From positions 4,260 to 68,259 of the forward strand of contig JBAYIY010000003.1 in the NCBI GenBank assembly GCA_041665365.1: a stretch of DNA of 64,000 bases, read 5' to 3'. This stretch comes from Patescibacteria group bacterium. Its GTDB lineage: Bacteria > Patescibacteriota > Patescibacteriia > UBA9570. The notes beneath the pieces are model-generated. The model was not told the origin of the DNA. It worked only from the letters and a program-made list of their open reading frames with translations, and did not search any database. The translations under genes were made by a program, and so were the position numbers. Position 1 is the first letter of the stretch; the number at the start of each line of letters is the position of its first letter. Shown piece by piece: positions 47,145 through 55,782 of this stretch.

Positions 47145-48237
47145 ATTGTTGTATCAAGCTACCCATGGCCCAAGCCATTGCCACTACCATCACGACACAA
47201 CTTAATAACCAACCAAAGAAACCAAACCAACTCATCACGCCAGTTACTAGATATAACATACTAAAACCTAACATAAACTGTCCGAAAGAAGATTTGGCTT
47301 GTGGTAACAGCAGATAACCTAGACCAGAACCAGCTAATACTTTTGCCCACATCAGTACAACCAATAAAACTAAACCACTCATGGTGGCTAATGGTAAGCC
47401 AACTAAGGTTATAGCTAAGGTAAGTAAAACAGCCGGTGCTAGAACTAATATGCCAATACCATATAGTAGACTTTTGCCCGGCGCTGTTTTCATGCGCTGT
47501 ATAACGGTGTTGCTATTTTTCGGGAATAATTTAAGAAGCACAATTCCTAATATTACATAACCCAACCAACCAAGCATGAGTTTAATAACCTGAAAGACGG
47601 TGACCAAGGGTTTTTTTACATCTGGTTTTGGTGCGGTTTGGTTATTATTTTGTTCTTCAGGTTTAGTGTGATGCACTTCACCTAATATGCTGGCCGTGTT
47701 GCCTGTGTTTAATTCATTGGCTGTGACAGTGACATCACCGTTCACAGTGCCGTTAACATCCAGGGTGTTAGATTGCACAGTAACGTCTTGTCCAACATGG
47801 GCAGTTTTAGCAATGGTAACTTGATTACCAAATACAACTAAATTTCGTCCGACTGACTGTTTTATGGTAACAGTGCTACCAGCGGCTCTAAGACTTCCAT
47901 TAACATCGCCATCAACTATCACTGTTCCACCAGCTACAAATAAATCTCCTTCAATTGTGCCAGTTACCGTCACGGTATTACCAGCGACGAAAACATCATT
48001 CAAATAATGTTTATCCAAAACCACATCTTGGTTAGCATACAAGTACATGTGTTCAACCGTGTCTAAGTTTTCTTCTTTCACTGCACCAGTTGTGTTTTTA
48101 ACTTGTTCATTAATTGGGTCAGTTTCAGCTGCCAACATAGCATCGGCTGGAGTGAGCGTAAATAAAACAATGCCTCCTAATACAAGTGCAATAAAAGCAC
48201 TGATTAATGGGATAGATTGGGTCACTTTAAATTTCAT
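47128..48237 (-). CDS. Membrane protein with polymer-forming (bactofilin-like) beta-helix repeats and a C-terminal multi-TM domain
   Basis: VTVTGTIEGDLFVAGGTVIVDGDVNGSL repeats; ITLVGLPLA. Confidence 0.7.
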   Translation of the reverse strand: MKFKVTQSIPLISAFIALVLGGIVLFTLTPADAMLAAETDPINEQVKNTTGAVKEENLDTVEHMYLYANQDVVLDKHYLNDVFVAGNTVTVTGTIEGDLFVAGGTVIVDGDVNGSLRAAGSTVTIKQSVGRNLVVFGNQVTIAKTAHVGQDVTVQSNTLDVNGTVNGDVTVTANELNTGNTASILGEVHHTKPEEQNNNQTAPKPDVKKPLVTVFQVIKLMLGWLGYVILGIVLLKLFPKNSNTVIQRMKTAPGKSLLYGIGILVLAPAVLLTLAITLVGLPLATMSGLVLLVVLMWAKVLAGSGLGYLLLPQAKSSFGQFMLGFSMLYLVTGVMSWFGFFGWLLSCVVMVVAMAWAMGSLIQQYGRNL

Positions 48238-48278
48238 ACTAGTGTTAGTTTATATGAATCAAGTGGGCGTACTATACA

Positions 48279-48870
48279 CCAGTGAGGGGGTATTGGCAAC
48301 CTGGAATTTATCTCTTTAGTCTTACCCCCAACCCCCTTGCAGGGGGCTTAGATTAATGATAAAGTTCTTTTAAGAAGCGCCGCCTTGTGAGGGGGCGTTT
48401 TATGTACTTAAAAGAACCTACTCAAAATCAGATTAAATTACAACATAAACTACAATTGTTAGCACGTAAGTTACGAAATAATCCTACTCAAGCTGAAGTG
48501 GTGTTATGGAACAGATTAAAAGAAAAACAACTTGGTTGTAAGTTCAGACAGCAATATCCACTCTTTCAATTCATTGTAGATTTTTATTGTTCATCTCATC
48601 GATTAATCATTGAGGTCGATGGTTTAATCCATGAACAACAACGTGATTATGATCAGTTACGTGATCAGATAATGATGCGACATGGTTACTCAGTGATGAG
48701 ATTCGCGAATGCTGAAATCATGAATGATCTAGATAAGGTAATCGACAAGATTAAGGAGAAACTAAATGGATTTACCCCCTCACTGGAATTTACCCCCTAG
48801 CCCCCTTGCAGGGGGAATAAGATATTTAAACCACTTTTTCTTAGCCCCCTGCAAGGGGGTTGGGGGTAAA
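48279..48870 (+). mobile_element. Putative DUF559 nuclease cassette bounded by inverted repeats
   Basis: 27-bp exact IR 48322-48348/48843-48869; 14-bp exact IR 48279-48292/48773-48786. Confidence 0.55.
48402..48800 (+). CDS. DUF559 (Vsr-like) endonuclease
   Basis: ARKLRNNPTQAEVVLW...KFRQQYP...FIVDFYC...LIIEVDGLIH...YDQLRD...RFAN. Confidence 0.9.
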   Translation: MYLKEPTQNQIKLQHKLQLLARKLRNNPTQAEVVLWNRLKEKQLGCKFRQQYPLFQFIVDFYCSSHRLIIEVDGLIHEQQRDYDQLRDQIMMRHGYSVMRFANAEIMNDLDKVIDKIKEKLNGFTPSLEFTP

Positions 48871-48876
48871 GTTAGA

Positions 48877-49533
48877 TTATTGGCAAACCGTCACGATATT
48901 CCTATTACCCTCACCTAACTCATTTTTTATAACCCGTAAACCGGCGTGTTTACACAACTCAGCCAATTCTGTAAAGGTGAATTTATGATAGTAACGCTTG
49001 GCTAATACCTGGCCCTGACCGTTTTTCCACGGGACTAAATAATCACCCGGATCATAACCGGCACCAGCCACCGGGTAACTCTCTGGAATATTCCAGTTAA
49101 GCATAAATAAAACTCCACTTGGTTTTAAAACTCTGGTCATCTCCTGAAGGGCGGCTTGGCGATAAACGTCTGAAGGAATGTGCTGTAAACTAGCCACAGC
49201 TGCTACTACATCAAAAGATTGATCTGGATAAGGTAATTTCAGCATCGAACCATAATCAAAGTGATATAGCGGATGTAGTTTTTTAGCATGATCCAACAAT
49301 TGACGAGACAGGTCTAAACCGGTATAGTCAACCGCCGGAATGGCAGCAATTAGCCGGCCATTACCACAACCTATATCCAACAGTTTAATTTCCCCTACCA
49401 TCACATTTATGATATCAACCAGGTATTTAAATTCATCCCATTGGTACGAGCGGGTATGAGAAAATTGATCAGCAATATTATTATAATCCTGCTCTAATTG
49501 TTTAATAATTTGATCAGCGAATGAAACAAGCAT
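48877..49533 (-). CDS. SAM-dependent methyltransferase, Trm9/ALKBH8-like
   Basis: YNNIADQFSHTR, LDIGCGNG, FDVVAAVASLQH, DYLVPW, RYYHKF...EL. Confidence 0.75.
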   Translation of the reverse strand: MLVSFADQIIKQLEQDYNNIADQFSHTRSYQWDEFKYLVDIINVMVGEIKLLDIGCGNGRLIAAIPAVDYTGLDLSRQLLDHAKKLHPLYHFDYGSMLKLPYPDQSFDVVAAVASLQHIPSDVYRQAALQEMTRVLKPSGVLFMLNWNIPESYPVAGAGYDPGDYLVPWKNGQGQVLAKRYYHKFTFTELAELCKHAGLRVIKNELGEGNRNIVTVCQ

Positions 49534-51062
49534 TACAAGAATTAATTCAATTAGCTATTGAGCGCAGTGTAGCAGATGCGCCAGCTTTGCGTACAGTCAA
49601 AGCCGAGATTTCCAAGAAATATAAAATGGCTATGCCCACTAATGCTGAATTATTGGCGGAATTAAAAAATTTAAAAATCACCGATGCCCGGTTGCAAAAA
49701 TTGTTGCAAATTTGTAGTGTGCGCACATTATCTGGTATCGCACCCATTACGGTTTTAACCAAACCATATCCTTGCCCGGGTAAATGTATTTATTGTCCGG
49801 CTGAGCAAAACATGCCGAAGAGTTATATTGATACTGAACCGGGAGCCATGCGCGCCTTAGGCTTACAATTTGATCCGTATTTACAAGTGACCAAACGGAT
49901 TGAAGCGTTGGAACAAAATGGGCACATTCCGGAAAAGTGCGAGTTAATTGTATTAGGTGGTACGTGGACAGCCTATCAAGCAGATTATCAAGAATGGTTT
50001 ATGAAACGCTGTTACGATGGGTTTAATTTTGATGAAGTGGGGGCGGCTACGTTAGATGAAGCTAAGACTAAAAATGAGACAGCCCAGTATCGGGTAATTG
50101 GTTGCACTTTAGAAACCAGACCAGATCATATCACTCAGGCTGAGGTGAAACGTCTGCGCTGGTTTGGAGCCACACGGATGCAGTTAGGTGTGCAGAGTTT
50201 AAATAAACATGTGCTTGAATTGAATCGACGGGAACAAACTAACGAACAAGTGCAAACCGCGACTAAATTATTAAAAGAAGCCGGTTTGAAAATCACTTAT
50301 CACATGATGCAGAACTTACCCGGTTCCGTACCCGAGAGTGATCTGCAAGATATTAAAACCATTTTTTCTCATCCGGGTTATCAACCGGATCATATTAAAA
50401 TTTATCCCTGTGTGGTAGTGAAATCAGCTCCGTTGTATCGTGATTGGCAAGCCGGTCGGTTTAAATCTTATACTCCGGAAGTGTTGCTGAATTTATTGGT
50501 AGATATAAAACAACAGGTGCCGGCGTATGTGCGCATTGAAAGATTAGTGCGCGATATTCCAGAAAATTCTATCGTGGGCGGCAATGTAGTGACTAACTTG
50601 CGCCAGATTATGCAGCAAAAGGGAGTACAGTGTGTTTGCATTCGCTGCCGTGAACCGCGCAATGATTTAAGTGGCTTAGATCAAGCTGAGTTGGTCACGC
50701 GTGACTATGACTCGGCTGATGGGACAGAGTATTTTATCTCTTTTGAAAATACAGAGCACACAAAGATATTTGGATTTGTCAGATTACGCTTACAACACCG
50801 CACGCAACATTGGTATGAAGTCTTACAAGATGCCGCCATCATTCGAGAGTTGCATGTTTATGGCCAACTCGTACCGGTAGCTGAGGATGGCACAGCTATT
50901 CAGCATAAAGGGATGGGTAGAAAATTAATGGAACAAGCTGAGACCATTGCTCAGAATCATGGGTTTAAAAAAATTGTTGTGATTGCTGGTGTGGGGGTAC
51001 GGAAATACTATGAAAAGTTGGGTTATCAGCTCGACCAGGAGTATATGGTCAAAAAGTTTTAG
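49521..51062 (+). CDS. elp3: Elp3 radical SAM/GNAT tRNA uridine(34) carboxymethyl synthase
   Basis: RTLSG, CPGKCIYCP, LGGTW, ETRPD, KIYP, RLVRDIP, CIRCRE, IRELHVYG, QHKGMG. Confidence 0.92.
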   Translation: MKQALQELIQLAIERSVADAPALRTVKAEISKKYKMAMPTNAELLAELKNLKITDARLQKLLQICSVRTLSGIAPITVLTKPYPCPGKCIYCPAEQNMPKSYIDTEPGAMRALGLQFDPYLQVTKRIEALEQNGHIPEKCELIVLGGTWTAYQADYQEWFMKRCYDGFNFDEVGAATLDEAKTKNETAQYRVIGCTLETRPDHITQAEVKRLRWFGATRMQLGVQSLNKHVLELNRREQTNEQVQTATKLLKEAGLKITYHMMQNLPGSVPESDLQDIKTIFSHPGYQPDHIKIYPCVVVKSAPLYRDWQAGRFKSYTPEVLLNLLVDIKQQVPAYVRIERLVRDIPENSIVGGNVVTNLRQIMQQKGVQCVCIRCREPRNDLSGLDQAELVTRDYDSADGTEYFISFENTEHTKIFGFVRLRLQHRTQHWYEVLQDAAIIRELHVYGQLVPVAEDGTAIQHKGMGRKLMEQAETIAQNHGFKKIVVIAGVGVRKYYEKLGYQLDQEYMVKKF

Positions 51063-51079
51063 TGTGCTAGAATAGGCAG

Positions 51080-52327
51080 ATGTTAGAACATTTACGCCAC
51101 CAAGACCCGGAGCTGGCCGGTTATATCACCAGTGAATTAGATCGACAGCGTCATAATTTAGAGTTAATTCCCTCGGAGAATTTTGTCTCATTGTCGGTGT
51201 TAGAAGCGTTAGGGAGTATTTGTACTAATAAATATTCAGAAGGCTATCCCGGTAAACGTTATTACGGTGGTAATCAATTTATCGACAAAATTGAGCAATT
51301 AGCCATTGATCGAGCCAAGCAGATTTTTGGCGCCGAGCATGTGAACGTGCAGCCATTATCTGGTGCACCGGCTAACTTAGCGGTTTATACAGCTTTGCTA
51401 CAACCAGGCGATACAGTGTTGGGGATGGATCTTACGCATGGTGGCCACCTTACACACGGGCACCCGGTGACCTTCATGGCTAAAGTATATAATTTCATTC
51501 GTTATAAAACTAAACCGGATGGTTTAATTGATTTCGATCAAGTGCGTGCCTTAGCCTTAGAACATAAACCAAAATTAATTCTGGCCGGTTTTTCAGCCTA
51601 TTCACGTGAGTTGGAGTATGAAAAATTCCAAGCTATTGCCGATGAAGTTGGTGCTATGACCATGGCCGATATTGCACACATTGCCGGTTTGATTGCGGCC
51701 GGTGAATTAAAAAACCCGGTACCGATTTTTGATGTTGTCACTACTACCACACATAAAACATTACGCGGTCCACGCGGTGGTATGATTATGTGTAAAGCCA
51801 AACATGCTGCGGCTATAAACAAAGCGGTGTTTCCTGGTGTGCAAGGTGGCCCGCATGAACATCAAATTGCGGCCCTGGCTGTGGCGCTTAAAGAAGCGAT
51901 GACACCAGAGTTTAAACAATATGCTAAGCAAATTCGTTTAAATGCGCAGGTGTTATGTACTGAACTTAAAGCCGGAGGTTTAACTATTATGCATGGTGGT
52001 AAAACAGATAATCATTTGCTTGTGGCTGATGTTACTCCCTTAGGTATTACCGGTAAAATCGCGCAGACGGTATTGGATGAAGTAAACATCACGTTAAACA
52101 TGAACACCATTCCAGACGATCCACGTGGGCCAATGGATCCATCCGGTATTCGTTTAGGTTCGCCACCAATGACAACGCGCGGTATGAAAGAACCAGAGAT
52201 GAAAATCATCGCTGAGTTGATTCTAAAGACATTGAAGAATCATAATAACGAGACAATTAAACAAGAGGTTAAACAAGCCGTGATTGCGTTAACCGATAAG
52301 TTTCCGCTGTACCCGGAGTTAGGTTAA
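51080..52327 (+). CDS. glyA: Serine hydroxymethyltransferase
   Basis: LIPSENF, NKYSEGYPGKRYYGG, TTTHKTLRGPRGG. Confidence 0.97.
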   Translation: MLEHLRHQDPELAGYITSELDRQRHNLELIPSENFVSLSVLEALGSICTNKYSEGYPGKRYYGGNQFIDKIEQLAIDRAKQIFGAEHVNVQPLSGAPANLAVYTALLQPGDTVLGMDLTHGGHLTHGHPVTFMAKVYNFIRYKTKPDGLIDFDQVRALALEHKPKLILAGFSAYSRELEYEKFQAIADEVGAMTMADIAHIAGLIAAGELKNPVPIFDVVTTTTHKTLRGPRGGMIMCKAKHAAAINKAVFPGVQGGPHEHQIAALAVALKEAMTPEFKQYAKQIRLNAQVLCTELKAGGLTIMHGGKTDNHLLVADVTPLGITGKIAQTVLDEVNITLNMNTIPDDPRGPMDPSGIRLGSPPMTTRGMKEPEMKIIAELILKTLKNHNNETIKQEVKQAVIALTDKFPLYPELG

Positions 52328-52328
52328 T

Positions 52329-53384
52329 ATGAGTTTACAAATTGGTATTGTTGGCTTGCCGAACGTGGGGAAATCCACTTTGTTTAAGGCGCTGACAAAA
52401 ATTCAGGTTGATGCCAGTAATTATCCATTTTGCACCATTGACCCGAATGTGGGTGTAGTGGCTGTGCCGGATGAACGCTTACAAAAATTAAGTGATTTAT
52501 CGCACTCGGCGAAAATGGTTCCGGCGGTGATTGAGTTTGTGGATATTGCTGGGTTAGTGGCTGGTGCCTCAAAAGGGGAAGGGTTAGGCAATAAATTTTT
52601 AGCCAACATTCGTGAAGTTGATGCCATCATTCAAGTAGTGCGCGAGTTTACTGACAATAATGTGGTGCATGTCCATGGTAAGGTTGATCCTAAAACTGAT
52701 ATTGAGGTAATCAATTTAGAATTGATTATGGCGGATTTACAACAAATCCAAAATGCGACGGAAAAGTTAGGTAAAAAAGTGCGGGCGCAAGATAAAGGAG
52801 CGGTCGCAGAATTGGCGGTTTTGGAAAAAATTAAAACCGCTCTTGAAGCCGGCCAATTAGCCAACACAGTGGCATTAGATGCAGAGAAAGAAGAACCATT
52901 GATTAAACACCATAGTTTATTAACACGAAAACCAATTTTGTATGTGGTTAATGTTGATGAAGCGGTGCAGGCCAAAATTATCATTCCCGGAGCGGTGACA
53001 ATATCGGCGAAAATAGAATCGGAATTAGTGGAGCTTTCGGCTGATGATGCTAAAATGATGATGGATGAATTAGGTATGACAGAAACCGGTTTGGAAAAAT
53101 TAATTACCGCGTGTTATAAATTATTAGATTTACAATCATTCTTGACCACTGGTGAAGATGAAACCAGAGCTTGGACAATTAAACGCGGCACCAAAGCCCC
53201 CCAAGCCGCCGGTGTGATTCATTCTGATTTTGAACAAAAATTTATTCGCGCTGAAGTGATTAATTGGCAAAAATTACTCGAAGCCGGTGGTTATCCAACT
53301 GCGCGTGATAAAGGTTGGCTACGCATGGAAGGCAAAAATTATGTGATGCAGGATGGGGATGTGGTGGAGTTTCATCATGCTTAG
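52329..53384 (+). CDS. ychF: Ribosome-binding ATPase YchF
   Basis: [35 protein letters not shown]. Confidence 0.97.
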   Translation: MSLQIGIVGLPNVGKSTLFKALTKIQVDASNYPFCTIDPNVGVVAVPDERLQKLSDLSHSAKMVPAVIEFVDIAGLVAGASKGEGLGNKFLANIREVDAIIQVVREFTDNNVVHVHGKVDPKTDIEVINLELIMADLQQIQNATEKLGKKVRAQDKGAVAELAVLEKIKTALEAGQLANTVALDAEKEEPLIKHHSLLTRKPILYVVNVDEAVQAKIIIPGAVTISAKIESELVELSADDAKMMMDELGMTETGLEKLITACYKLLDLQSFLTTGEDETRAWTIKRGTKAPQAAGVIHSDFEQKFIRAEVINWQKLLEAGGYPTARDKGWLRMEGKNYVMQDGDVVEFHHA

Positions 53385-53510
53385 ACCTCTCCCCTAACCC
53401 CTCTCCTTCTGAAGGAGAGGGGAATAAGAAAAATAATGTTGAATCTATTTTTGTGTTCTTACTCCCTACTCTCCTGATGAAGGAGAGGAGGGCTGGGGAG
53501 GAGAGGTCTA
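53382..53510. repeat. Family B double-hairpin element providing the stop codons of both flanking convergent genes
   Basis: TAGACCTCTCC...GGAGAGGTCTA termini; two internal hairpins; inverted relative of 28091-28191. Confidence 0.88.
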
Positions 53511-54611
53511 GGTTCGTTTCAAAAAATAAATTTTCCGTAACACCCTAGCCTGATCGCGACCATAGAAAATCGGTTTATGAAATACCGTGAAGCCGGCTTG
53601 TTTAATGGCTTGGTCTAAATCCATTTGGAGTATACCCTGAGATTGTTTCCAAGCTGGTAGTGCTAACACCATACGGCCAGTTGGTTTTAACAACTTAGAT
53701 AATTCTATAAAAACTTTACTATAAAAATCCGTGAGTTGTTGTTTGATTTGGTTAATGTTATGTAACTGTACCGGGCCAAGTGTACCTTCTCCCACAATAA
53801 CATCAACAGCTTGATTTGATAAATGATCTTTTAATTTTAAAACATCCGCACAGATTAATTTGGCTTCAGGTAATTTTGCCCATGATAAATTGGCTTGCGT
53901 ATCGGCAATACACTGTGGGGAAATATCACTGCCAACTACAGAGGTATAACCTAATTGTAATGCTTCTTGCACAACTGTGCCGGAACCACAAAATGGATCC
54001 AAAATGGTATTAGATTTCATCGGACGGGCAATATTTAGCATCATTCTGGCTACTTTGGGTGGCAGCATGCCGGAAAAACTATCTCGCTTAGGGCGGCCAT
54101 AATCGTTCTGAGAAAAGGTTTTAAAATCTTGCACTGCAGTAGTGCGACCGAAAATGGTTTTATCTTTATAGAGAGCCACAATAAAATCGGTTTGATCGCG
54201 TAACAAGTGTTCTTTGGTGACAATGACTGATGATAAATTAGTTTCATTACTCACCACAAATCTAACCGATCGACCACCCTCACGTAATTTTTTTTTCCAA
54301 GTTAAACCCAATTCCCGTAGTTGATGGTTTTTATCATTAATCATACTAGCTGATATTGTCTCATCACCGGCATACACACTGAACCCAAATACCAATTTAT
54401 GATCAGCCGGAATCTGTTCTAATAATTGATAAATTTCATCAATGTTTCCATCAATCTGGTCGGCAATTTTAACCGTACCACCCAAATCCCGTAGGGGTAA
54501 TTCATGAATTACCCCTACGGGATTTATCAACACAACCTGTCCACCGGTGTAATCCACACCCAATTCCAAAGCGGACAATTCTGGGGTGTTTCCTAAGACA
54601 GCAAGTTTCAT
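53508..54611 (-). CDS. RNA methyltransferase, UPF0020/Trm11-like
   Basis: RP...GMLPPKVARMMLNIA, ILDPFCGSGTVVQEA, GSDIS. Confidence 0.7.
   Translation of the reverse strand: MKLAVLGNTPELSALELGVDYTGGQVVLINPVGVIHELPLRDLGGTVKIADQIDGNIDEIYQLLEQIPADHKLVFGFSVYAGDETISASMINDKNHQLRELGLTWKKKLREGGRSVRFVVSNETNLSSVIVTKEHLLRDQTDFIVALYKDKTIFGRTTAVQDFKTFSQNDYGRPKRDSFSGMLPPKVARMMLNIARPMKSNTILDPFCGSGTVVQEALQLGYTSVVGSDISPQCIADTQANLSWAKLPEAKLICADVLKLKDHLSNQAVDVIVGEGTLGPVQLHNINQIKQQLTDFYSKVFIELSKLLKPTGRMVLALPAWKQSQGILQMDLDQAIKQAGFTVFHKPIFYGRDQARVLRKIYFLKRT
54484..54525. repeat. Perfect 42-bp family A palindrome inside a CDS
   Basis: AAATCCCGTAGGGGTAATTCATGAATTACCCCTACGGGATTT, read as NPVGVIHELPLRD. Confidence 0.9.
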
Positions 54612-55543
54612 AACCGGTGTGTCTTATACCAGTTTACAAATTGTGTCAAACCGACTTGGAGTGATGTGGTTGGCGAATAGTCTAATAATCTTCGAGCTTT
54701 ACTGATATCAGCTAGAGTGTGTTGCATCTCGCCAGTTTGGCTGGGTTGTGGCTCGATCACGGCGGTTTGACCGGTAATATTTTCTAAAGTTTTGATAAAG
54801 TCATTCAATGATACAGCTTGGTGGTTACCTAAATTAATTATTTCAAAATCTAACGGGTGATTGATAGCCGCCATAATTCCAGAAATAATATCCTGAATGT
54901 AAGTATAATCGCGGCTGGTAGTACCGTCACCGAATTTATGAATCGGTTTATGGTTTAACACGGCTTCAGTAAATAAATATGGGGCCATATCCGGGCGGCC
55001 CCTTTCGCCATACACGGTAAAGAATCTCAATATGGTGGTGGGTAATATTTTTTTGGATAGGTACTGTTCAGCTTGTAATTTGTAGACGGCATAAGGTGAT
55101 ACAGGAGATAGATTAGTGATTGATTCTGAGAAGGGGGGAGTGATGTTACCATACACCGCCGAGGTTGAGCCAAAAATAAATTGTTTCACCCCAAACTGTT
55201 TGGCTAAATCGACTAATTGTTTTGTCCCTTCATAATTGACTCTTTTATATAACGCCGGATTCTGCACAGACGGACGCACCCCAGCGCGCGCCCCCAAATG
55301 AATCACCACGTCAGGCTGATGGGTTTCAAATATTTTTTCTAAACTTACTCGATCACAAATGTCGGTTTTATAGAAAGTATAATTTTTGTAAGCTGAAAAT
55401 AATTCCAAATTTTGTATTTTAAACACCGGATTATAATAATCATTCATTTCATCGACATTAACAATTACATGACCAGCTTGGTGTAGCGCTTGAATGAGGT
55501 GTGAACCAATAAACCCAGCGCCACCGGTAACTAGGATAATCAT
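54608..55543 (-). CDS. NAD-dependent epimerase (UDP-glucuronate 4-epimerase-like)
   Basis: [31 protein letters not shown]...GRPDMA. Confidence 0.85.
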   Translation of the reverse strand: MIILVTGGAGFIGSHLIQALHQAGHVIVNVDEMNDYYNPVFKIQNLELFSAYKNYTFYKTDICDRVSLEKIFETHQPDVVIHLGARAGVRPSVQNPALYKRVNYEGTKQLVDLAKQFGVKQFIFGSTSAVYGNITPPFSESITNLSPVSPYAVYKLQAEQYLSKKILPTTILRFFTVYGERGRPDMAPYLFTEAVLNHKPIHKFGDGTTSRDYTYIQDIISGIMAAINHPLDFEIINLGNHQAVSLNDFIKTLENITGQTAVIEPQPSQTGEMQHTLADISKARRLLDYSPTTSLQVGLTQFVNWYKTHRL

Positions 55544-55545
55544 AT

Positions 55546-55782
55546 TTAACTTTTAGCCGGTTCAGTTATTTTGGCTATTATGGCCAGTATCATTACAAGC
55601 AACATAAAAGACCAGGGACCAAAAGCGCGGGTGGGGGCTAAGATCTGATCTTCATAATAGGGATCACCTAACAAAGTAGTGTCACCTAACAAAGCTAAAT
55701 AAATCACCCACAGTGATAACGACACCAATAGTATTACTATCAGGTTAACGCAGACTATATATACGATAGGTTTGGTTTTCAT
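55546..55782 (-). CDS. Small two-TM membrane protein
   Basis: 78 aa, two hydrophobic segments, in operon. Confidence 0.5.
   Translation of the reverse strand: MKTKPIVYIVCVNLIVILLVSLSLWVIYLALLGDTTLLGDPYYEDQILAPTRAFGPWSFMLLVMILAIIAKITEPAKS

Noticed and set aside
53315-53548. ORF containing LSPNPSPSEGEG
   Set aside because: Translation of the family B repeat, overlapping two real genes
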